Shown here piece after piece: positions 30,710 through 37,983 of a stretch of 64,000 bases of DNA. This DNA comes from Pseudomonadota bacterium (GTDB lineage Bacteria; Bdellovibrionota; Bdellovibrionia; Bdellovibrionales; SG-bin7). The stretch is from contig JAWXAY010000070.1 in NCBI GenBank assembly GCA_034439715.1, forward strand, positions 15,581-79,580, read 5' to 3'. The notes beneath the pieces were generated by a model. It saw nothing but the letters and a program-made list of their open reading frames with translations. It was not told where the DNA came from and did not search any database. The position numbers were made by a program, and so were the translations under genes. Position 1 is the stretch's first letter. Each line of letters opens with the position of its first letter.

Positions 30710-31363
30710 TCACCAGGCCCAAGCGTAACCAATTGCGAGCACTAAAAAGCCTCCCTCGGCATTGACGCCCAACTCAACGCCAATGGCCGCACTTAGTGGA
30801 GACTTAATTAAATCTTCAAAACCGGCGGCAACACGTAGTTGCACATTTCTGATGTTTACAATGCTCGCCACTCCCTCTTGGCTTTTTAATTTCATGGCAA
30901 TTCCTGGACGAATAAAGGGGCGGAATTTTTCTGTTCTTTGGTAAACAAATCGCCTTCCAATTTGCACATACCCAGTGCCACCCGTGTGAGCATCGAAGCC
31001 TAATTCCCAATGACGACCATTGTCTGAGGGCAATAAATAGGTCACACCAAATAGAAACACCAGATGAAAGTCACTTTGTAATTCTTTAGGATCAAGGACT
31101 AGTCCCACCCGTGGTGAAACAGACTGTCTAAAGGGATAATAGTAACTGCTTGTGGCGGAAGCATTAATTAAATTCTTATTATCGCTCTTTTTTTCAGGAA
31201 CAGTGATGTCCAATGTTTTCAATGGATCAGGCGAATTTTTTTTGGAGGGGGGGGGAGATGAGCTTTGCGGATCTGGATTTACGGCGGTGTCGTCATTGGG
31301 GGCAGCTTGGCCTTCGAAACTAATGAAACACAAAATAAGAAAGAGAATGACAGCATTTCGCAT
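30710..31363 (-). CDS. Secreted protein with C-terminal small beta-barrel
   Basis: Signal peptide from ATG 31363 (MRNAVILFLIL), Pro/Ser-rich linker, amphipathic strands ending GYAWAW. Confidence 0.65.
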   Translation of the reverse strand: MRNAVILFLILCFISFEGQAAPNDDTAVNPDPQSSSPPPSKKNSPDPLKTLDITVPEKKSDNKNLINASATSSYYYPFRQSVSPRVGLVLDPKELQSDFHLVFLFGVTYLLPSDNGRHWELGFDAHTGGTGYVQIGRRFVYQRTEKFRPFIRPGIAMKLKSQEGVASIVNIRNVQLRVAAGFEDLIKSPLSAAIGVELGVNAEGGFLVLAIGYAWAW

Positions 31364-31438
31364 AATTGACAATAATGTATGTTCAATCAAAAGTTTAAAC
31401 GATTTTAGTCGACACACAAATATAATTCGGAGGCCATC

Positions 31439-32587
31439 TTGAAAAAACTGGTTATTCTTCTACTGATTTTTACACAACAAACAGTTTTTGCAGAAACAAC
31501 TGCTAATTACGGTATTCACCAGGACTACGTGAGCACCAGGGCACTTGGTATGGGGAATGCGTTCACTGCTATGGCTGACGACTACAACACATTATTTTAC
31601 AATCCCGCTGGTCTGGCTCGTATTAAGAAGGCTCAGGTCAATATGTTTTTGAAGCCGGGAATATCATCAAGTTTTTTGAAGCTACAAAAAGATCTTGATA
31701 GTGCCGGAACAACTGGAACTGAGGCCGAACAAGCCGCCGCAGTCACAAATCTTATTGGTGATAACTATGGTGAGAGCTTTTATGGGCGCCTGAGTTTGGG
31801 TGGAGTTTGGGTGCGCCCGCGCTGGGGAATTGCGGTTATTCCATTAGATCTTGAAATTAATATGTCTATTCACCAACAGATCGGACCGTTTATTAATCTT
31901 GAGGCCTATCAAGATACGGTGATCGCGTACGGCTATGGCCGCGAAGTAAAATGGAGCGGGAGAGACGACTGGTATTGGGGCGCAACGGTAAAAGGTATAT
32001 ACCGCGGTTATGTGGGTAAAAAATTATCGGCAATTGACATGGCCAACAACCAAGAGTTTTTTCGCGAAGAAGATGCTCAAGAAGGTTTCACGGCCGATAT
32101 AGATTTGGGACTTATATTTGAGCCCCAGCGCGAGACGGGATTTTTAAGCAAAGTGAAGCCCTCATTTGCTTTTGTCGGAAGAAATCTTTTAGATCTGGGC
32201 TTTAAACAAAATTATCATTTGTTAAATGACAATTCAACGGAACCGCCCAAGCTGCAGCGTCGATTTGACATAGGTTCTAAATGGGAATTGCCAGAGTTTT
32301 GGAAAATATTTACTGTTCGTGCTCTTTTTGATGTGCGTGATATGGGTCACGATAATTGGAATTATATGAAGGGGCTGCACGTTGGTGCCGAGTTTGATTG
32401 GCGCATTGCCAACTGGTGGAAAGGCGCTTGGCGCGCGGGTCTCAATCAGAGTTACCTCACGATGGGATTTACCGGAAAGCTGGCGATCTTTCAGTTAGAT
32501 TTAGCAACCTGGGGCGAAGAAATTGGGACTCTCGATGCTAAACAACAAAATCGCCGATATCAGTTATCCGCGAGTTTGGATTTCTAA
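31439..32587 (+). CDS. TraF/PorV/FadL-like outer-membrane barrel, paralogue 1
   Basis: Signal peptide; RALGMGNAFTAMADD..TLFYNPAGLA; C-terminal GLNQSY..ATWGEEIG..RRY; terminal Phe. Confidence 0.78.
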   Translation: MKKLVILLLIFTQQTVFAETTANYGIHQDYVSTRALGMGNAFTAMADDYNTLFYNPAGLARIKKAQVNMFLKPGISSSFLKLQKDLDSAGTTGTEAEQAAAVTNLIGDNYGESFYGRLSLGGVWVRPRWGIAVIPLDLEINMSIHQQIGPFINLEAYQDTVIAYGYGREVKWSGRDDWYWGATVKGIYRGYVGKKLSAIDMANNQEFFREEDAQEGFTADIDLGLIFEPQRETGFLSKVKPSFAFVGRNLLDLGFKQNYHLLNDNSTEPPKLQRRFDIGSKWELPEFWKIFTVRALFDVRDMGHDNWNYMKGLHVGAEFDWRIANWWKGAWRAGLNQSYLTMGFTGKLAIFQLDLATWGEEIGTLDAKQQNRRYQLSASLDF

Positions 32588-33261
32588 TCTTTAAGTAAAG
32601 CTAAAAGTGCCGCGCCAATTGCCTGATTGTTACCTAGGTTTGGGGCAATCGCTGCGTTTACTTGGTCACAGATCTCTGTATTTTGTCCTGGTACAGTACA
32701 TTGTGTAGCAGCAAGTTGTACAGCTGTTGCGCCGATGCTAGCCTGAGCGGCGGGATTTGCCGCGGCGAGATCCACGGCAGCATCGATTGCAGCCGGGTCA
32801 ACTGGGTTACCAATGGCAATATCAGTACCAATACTGCCATCAAAACCCGTAATTATTGTGCCCATGCGCGCAACTTGTGCGATATAAATAAAACTTGCCG
32901 ACTCAGATTTATTACAATCAGCAAATGCTAGCGCTTCCAAGGCCGGATCAGAAAATGCAAATGTTCCCATCATGATTGCTGCTGGGTCCCGGCCAGCGCC
33001 GGCAGTTTTCAAGTTTGACATCGCCTCGGCAACGCGCGCCGTGGTTAATCCATTCATCAAAAACCTAGCAGCACATCGAATCGAATAAGAGTCGGCGGAT
33101 TCGAGTCCTGAGACCATGTTGAGGCAATCGCCAGCACCGGCCCTATTAGTTTTATCTAAACATTGTTGAGCTTTCGCTACGGTATTGTCTTCATCAGTTT
33201 CGCAACCCGTATTGAACGCCAAGCCAGCTAACAGTGAAATCGAAAATAAGATTTGTTTCAT
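32584..33261 (-). CDS. Cys/Ala-rich helical lipoprotein of unknown function
   Basis: GAGGAG RBS, lipobox-like FNTG-C, six further Cys. Confidence 0.75.
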   Translation of the reverse strand: MKQILFSISLLAGLAFNTGCETDEDNTVAKAQQCLDKTNRAGAGDCLNMVSGLESADSYSIRCAARFLMNGLTTARVAEAMSNLKTAGAGRDPAAIMMGTFAFSDPALEALAFADCNKSESASFIYIAQVARMGTIITGFDGSIGTDIAIGNPVDPAAIDAAVDLAAANPAAQASIGATAVQLAATQCTVPGQNTEICDQVNAAIAPNLGNNQAIGAALLALLKD

Positions 33262-33300
33262 GGACTCTCCTCAGTGAGGGCTGTCTTTTTATTCAACCTA

Positions 33301-33372
33301 GTGCAGCCATTATTACTCGTGCAGTTATAAATACTCACGCAGCCATTATTACTCGTGCAGTTACTTCTAAAT
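33301..33372. repeat. Four imperfect tandem 18-bp units (36-bp higher-order period)
   Basis: GTGCAGCCATTATTACTC / GTGCAGTTATAAATACTC / ACGCAGCCATTATTACTC / GTGCAGTTACTTCTAAAT; a perfect 25-mer occurs at 33303-33327 and 33339-33363. Confidence 0.9.
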
Positions 33373-33774
33373 CATATCGGTAAACGTTAGGTGGCCACAA
33401 GTACTGGCGAGTTGCGCCATTACAACAAAGTTGCGATCTAAAGGACAATTCTTCAACGTCTGGAAAATCAGCACCACAAGCCTTGAAATTGAATTTAATT
33501 GGACTAAAAATAAATTTTTGTTTCTAGATAAATCTCAAATTAAAACAATTTTTTCTTGACATGATATTTGTGATTCCAGTCCCCTGTAGGGGCGCGGCTC
33601 ATAATTTTTTCGAGATGCTTCGAGATTCTAATTTTTGGACTTGAGTAATGCCGGATTAGGAATTTAAAACAGGACCTGGAGCCCCAGACCACTCCCCACT
33701 AGGCTTCAAAAAGAACTCTAAATATTCAAAAAATAAATCTATGTTATTGTCCTTCGAAACAAAAGGGGGGCGGA

Positions 33775-34671
33775 GTGGAATTCAATATGAAGTTTAAAGA
33801 AATAGACTTGAAACTTAAAGATTTGGTGAGAAATGAACGAAAGATAACAGCAGAAATTATTTCTGTCATTTGCGACATTGATAAACGAAAGTTATTTTTG
33901 GAATTGGGTAGTTCAAGTTTATTCGCTTATTTGACAAAAAAAATAGGTTATAGCGCCTCGGCGGCACAGAGAAGAATAGAAGCGGCGAGATTATCAAAAG
34001 AAATTCCCGAAATTAAGGAAAAGTTAAAATCGGGCACGATTAATCTTTCAACCATTACCCTGGTGACTCAAGGTCTTCGCGAAAAAGCAAAAAATTCGAT
34101 AGTAACGCTCGAGTCAAAAAAAGCTTTAATTTTAAAAATTGAAAACAAAAACACCCAGCAGGCCCAAAAGATTCTTGCTGAGGAATTAGATTTGCCGATC
34201 GTAAATCTTGAAAAGACAAAAATTCAAAAGGATGAATCCATAAGAATTGAGCTTACTTTAAGTAAAGTGCAAAATGAAAAATTGGAGAGGGTGAGGCAGC
34301 TGACGTCGCACATCGATGCAGGTCTCAACTGGTCAGAACTTATTGAGCAATTGGCTGATTTTTATTTGAACAAAAAAACGGTAACAAAACGCACTTCCGA
34401 TACGGTAGTAAAGAATTCGAAGGAGCATAACGTGTCCTACAATCGTTATATTCCTCTAACTCTGCGTCGAAAAATATTTGAACGAGATCGCTCTTGCCAA
34501 TGGAAACATTCAAAGGCCAAGGAAATCTGCGGTTCAAAGCATCAGCTCGAAATTCATCATCAGAAGGCGATTTGGGCTGGCGGAATTTCAAGTGAAGATA
34601 ACTTGCAACTTCTCTGTCGGGCTCATAATGCTTATACCTATCGGAATGAAGCACAAATAAAACTGCTGTAA
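33775..34671 (+). CDS. Free-standing HNH endonuclease with DUF222-like N-terminal region
   Basis: N-terminal ERKITAEII...LFLELGSSSLFAYL...GYSASAAQRRI; C-terminal RYIP..RRKIFERD.SCQ..CGS..LEIHH..GG..NLQLLCRAHN; alternative start ATG 33787. Confidence 0.85.
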   Translation: MEFNMKFKEIDLKLKDLVRNERKITAEIISVICDIDKRKLFLELGSSSLFAYLTKKIGYSASAAQRRIEAARLSKEIPEIKEKLKSGTINLSTITLVTQGLREKAKNSIVTLESKKALILKIENKNTQQAQKILAEELDLPIVNLEKTKIQKDESIRIELTLSKVQNEKLERVRQLTSHIDAGLNWSELIEQLADFYLNKKTVTKRTSDTVVKNSKEHNVSYNRYIPLTLRRKIFERDRSCQWKHSKAKEICGSKHQLEIHHQKAIWAGGISSEDNLQLLCRAHNAYTYRNEAQIKLL

Positions 34672-34793
34672 CTACTTTGCAAGTTAGACCGAAGGTTGGA
34701 GCCGGACAAAGCCTAAGGCCTAAAGTCATTAGCTCAAAGACCAGTTTTTACATAGTGCTGCCCAAAAAATCTCTCAACAAATAGTACAGGGTC

Positions 34794-34821
34794 TCAATTT
34801 GCTGCGGGAGTCGTCCGATAA
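34794..34821 (+). promoter_or_regulatory. Possible sigma-28 promoter (leaderless) of barrel paralogue 2
   Basis: TCCGATAA (34814-34821) ends 7 nt before ATG 34829; -35 is imperfect (TCAA, N16). Confidence 0.45.
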
Positions 34822-34828
34822 TGAGACT

Positions 34829-35953
34829 ATGAGAGCATCCTTAATTTTTTCAACAATTATTATTAGTTTACAATCTACTGTTGCCATTTCTGCTGAAACA
34901 TTCGAGTTTTTTAATGGCATTAGACAAATGGGAATGGGTGGCGCTTCGATAGCAGTGGTCAACGACGAAACCGCCCTCATTGCTAATCCTGCCGCACTCG
35001 GAAAGCTGCGCGACAGCTTTACTACAGTCTTCGATCCGGAACTTGACTATGGAAAAGAAAATTCAAATGTCGCAACCGGAAACACCATCTTTAGCGCCGC
35101 CAATTTGCAAGGAATGCTCGATCAACTTAAACTCCACCCCAATAAAAGATTTCATTTACGGTCACAACTTTTTCCGTCGTACGTGACTGCTAATTTTGGC
35201 GTAGGGGTTTTTGGAAAATACACGGTCGATGGCGAGGTCGATGGAACAGTCACTCCCAATGTGTTTCATTTAGATGTCGTTCAAGATTTAGCCTTTGTTA
35301 TTGGTTACAACTTTAGAATTTGGGACGGCAGAATAAAATTTGGATTTAATGCCAAATATATAAATAGGACGGAGCTGAAAGATCAAGATCCACAGGTGCC
35401 ACTTGACACAACGGGACTGAGATTAGCAGATTTCGCAGATGAGGGCGGCGCCATGGCTGCAGATATTGGACTTATCATCACGCTACCGTGGGCCTGGTTG
35501 CCGACAATTGCTGGAGTGGTGAGAGACGCGGGTGGCACTAAGTTTACCTTTGCCAAGGGAATTTTGCATGGAGGTGCTGCCGACGCCAATGACCCTAATT
35601 ACCCAACGGCACAAGTGCCAAAACCGATTTCACAAACCATTGACGCCGCCTTTGCATTGTTTCCGATCACAGCGGGCCGAACTCGTATGACCATTACTGG
35701 AGAATACACAGACGTCACCAATGTCAATCTGGAGTTAGACTCCGCTAAAAAAATCCATGCGGGCTTTGAACTTAATTTTAGCGATTTGTTTTTCTTTCGA
35801 GGTGGATGGAACCAGAGATATTGGACGGCCGGTCTCGAGTTAGCATACGCAGACATGCAGTTTCAAATGGCTAGCTATGGTGAAGAAATCGGTACGGTAG
35901 ATGTAAATCGAGAAGACCGACGATATTCAATTAAGTTTGCTTATAGATATTAG
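34829..35953 (+). CDS. TraF/PorV/FadL-like outer-membrane barrel, paralogue 2
   Basis: Signal peptide from ATG 34829; RQMGMGGASIAVVNDETALIANPAALG; GWNQRYWTAG..ASYGEEIG..EDRRY; ends FAYRY. Confidence 0.78.
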   Translation: MRASLIFSTIIISLQSTVAISAETFEFFNGIRQMGMGGASIAVVNDETALIANPAALGKLRDSFTTVFDPELDYGKENSNVATGNTIFSAANLQGMLDQLKLHPNKRFHLRSQLFPSYVTANFGVGVFGKYTVDGEVDGTVTPNVFHLDVVQDLAFVIGYNFRIWDGRIKFGFNAKYINRTELKDQDPQVPLDTTGLRLADFADEGGAMAADIGLIITLPWAWLPTIAGVVRDAGGTKFTFAKGILHGGAADANDPNYPTAQVPKPISQTIDAAFALFPITAGRTRMTITGEYTDVTNVNLELDSAKKIHAGFELNFSDLFFFRGGWNQRYWTAGLELAYADMQFQMASYGEEIGTVDVNREDRRYSIKFAYRY

Positions 35954-35963
35954 AGAAAAGTGA

Positions 35964-36803
35964 GTGGTGATGGCTATTAGAGAGTGGGTTACGATCTATG
36001 TATTAGTCTTAACGTTAACGGGGTGCCGTAACTATTTGGAGACTTTTTCACAAGTGGACAGTGATCGCGCGAGACTTGTCGAAGCAAACCTTGCTCTCAA
36101 TGCCCGAGATTTCGATTTAGCACTGACGTGGATAGGAAGAATGGGAAGCGAATATCGTAACACTCGTGAAGTTAAATATATCGAGGCCTCGGCTCATTCG
36201 GGCAAGTGTGGGATGGAAGCCATGACTTTTTTGCAGACGGTCGATGCAGCAGCCGGAAGTGGATTCAATTTGTTTACAGTATTAATGGCCGCGTTTAAAG
36301 GTGGTACTTTAACTCAAATGGCAGATTGTCGTACGGCAGAAAACTTACTTCGCTCTATTAGCTCATCGGCAGAGGAAAGAACGGACAACGAAAATATATT
36401 TTTAGCCTTAGTAAGCCTTGCGAAAATTGGAATTATTTTGAATGAAGGGGCTGACTTGAATGATGACGGGCTAGTAAATGATGGCTTTGTTTCGCCAGAC
36501 CACTGTAATGCCACAACCGTTGTAGACAATAGTGAGGCGAATGAAATAGTCACGGGGTTAGTAAATTTTATGGAAAGCATTGGAGTTCTAGGATCCACTT
36601 TCGGCGGCGATGAGGTGGCGTCAGTTAATGTCATTTGTAATGATCCGTTAATTGATGGAACCACCTACGATTTTTGTGGAGTTACCAGTGCGGCTAGTGT
36701 GACAGTGGACCATCGCAAAGCAATCAGAAGTATTTTTGGATCCAGTGTAGGTTTAGGAATAGGAATTTGTACGGGAGATTTTAGCGCATGCGCGTGTCCT
36801 TAA
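35964..36803 (+). CDS. Cys-rich lipoprotein with TPR-like N-terminal helices
   Basis: Lipobox LTG-C; ANLALNARDFDLAL helix; DLNDDG acidic loop; ends CTGDFSACACP. Confidence 0.72.
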   Translation: MVMAIREWVTIYVLVLTLTGCRNYLETFSQVDSDRARLVEANLALNARDFDLALTWIGRMGSEYRNTREVKYIEASAHSGKCGMEAMTFLQTVDAAAGSGFNLFTVLMAAFKGGTLTQMADCRTAENLLRSISSSAEERTDNENIFLALVSLAKIGIILNEGADLNDDGLVNDGFVSPDHCNATTVVDNSEANEIVTGLVNFMESIGVLGSTFGGDEVASVNVICNDPLIDGTTYDFCGVTSAASVTVDHRKAIRSIFGSSVGLGIGICTGDFSACACP

Positions 36804-37945
36804 AAATTATATTACAACTAACATTAGTAGCAAACTCGGCTGACGCCTCGACGTTTTTGGTTGAAAACTATCGCTCTGCCAGAGCTGTGGGGATGGGAAA
36901 TGCCTACAGCGCTGTTGTTGACAACCTGGATGCCCTTTTCTATAACCCCGCAGCGTTGGCAAAATCCAGTGGCCTTCACTGGTTGATTATGGATCCGGGA
37001 GTTGGCGCGTCTAATCCCGAAGGCTTACAGCAGCTGACAGGTCTCGATGCCTCGAACTACGCAGAAACCATTAATAATTTGGCCGGGCAAAATTTCAATT
37101 TTTATGGTACTGGCAAAACAGGATTGCAAATTGGCACTTTTGCGTTTGCTGTTTATCAAAATTCAGACCTCACGCTAATTTCGAACAATGTAGTCACTCC
37201 GACTTTTGATATCAGCTATATTACAGATGTGGGTTATGCGATGGGCTTTGCTCTACCTTTTATTCCAGGAGTGTTGAGCTGGGGTTTAGATGTCAAGTAT
37301 GTGCGTCGCAATGGAAATCGATTTTCGATTGGCGTCAGTGAATTAGCCAGTCAAGACGATGCCTACTTAAAATCACTTTATGATTTAAACGGATCTGGGT
37401 ATGCGCTCGACACGGGATTTTTACTGCGTCTTCCAGGTCCCATAAGTCCCACTTTTGCACTGACATGGAAGAACGTCGGTGGCACAAAATTTAAACCCTC
37501 GATTGTAGGCAATCAAGCACCTCCCACAGATCCACAAGAAATTGGTGGCGCATTTGCACTAAATATCGATTTACCGTTACTTTCGTTTTCACCGATAATC
37601 GAAGTTAAGCACACAGAAAAGACGGATGTTAGTTTGGGAAGAAAACTGCACATTGGTTTTGAACTGGGAATACTTAACCTTGATCTTCGCGGAGGTTTTA
37701 ACCAGGGATATTGGGCGGGTGGCGTTGGCTTTAGCCTGGGATTTTTAGACTTGGATTTGGCTACATACGGTGTCGAGTTAGGTGAGGAGCCAGGACAAAT
37801 TGAGGATAGACGGTATATGCTACAAATAACCATGGGGCTCGGTTTAGATTTTGGCGGTGGCGGTTTTGGCGGCAAGAGTGGCGGCATAGAACAAACCAAA
37901 GCGGAGAAGCGAAAGACTGAGCGCCAACTTAAGAAGCGTCGCTAA
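36788..37945 (+). CDS. TraF/PorV/FadL-like outer-membrane barrel, paralogue 3, with Gly-rich and basic tail
   Basis: RAVGMGNAYSAVVDNLDALFYNPAALA; GFNQGYWAGG..ATYGVELG..EDRRY; extra GGGGFGGKSGG...KRKTERQLKKRR. Confidence 0.78.
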   Translation: MRVSLKIILQLTLVANSADASTFLVENYRSARAVGMGNAYSAVVDNLDALFYNPAALAKSSGLHWLIMDPGVGASNPEGLQQLTGLDASNYAETINNLAGQNFNFYGTGKTGLQIGTFAFAVYQNSDLTLISNNVVTPTFDISYITDVGYAMGFALPFIPGVLSWGLDVKYVRRNGNRFSIGVSELASQDDAYLKSLYDLNGSGYALDTGFLLRLPGPISPTFALTWKNVGGTKFKPSIVGNQAPPTDPQEIGGAFALNIDLPLLSFSPIIEVKHTEKTDVSLGRKLHIGFELGILNLDLRGGFNQGYWAGGVGFSLGFLDLDLATYGVELGEEPGQIEDRRYMLQITMGLGLDFGGGGFGGKSGGIEQTKAEKRKTERQLKKRR

Positions 37946-37983
37946 TCAGTAGACATGGCCTAAAGAGGTGATATACCTTTCTG

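Noticed and set aside
33301..33372. CRISPR or TIGR-type guide array (36-nt period near an HNH gene)
   Set aside because: Only two periods, the variable core CCATTAT is repeated rather than unique, there are no cas genes, and the HNH protein shows no recognisable Nop, RuvC or IscB features
33755..33770. CGAAACAAAA(A)GGGG shared with the MCP leader (7804-7818)
   Set aside because: Short, low-complexity and coincident with ribosome-binding sites; two instances are not enough
34340..34729. 129-aa antisense ORF over the HNH gene, and the many other short overlapping ORFs in the track
   Set aside because: They shadow well-supported genes and have no recognisable motifs or RBS
31439..37945. Conjugative element suggested by the TraF-like family label
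   Set aside because: No relaxase, coupling protein, VirB4 or pilin; flanked by core genes coaE and addAB
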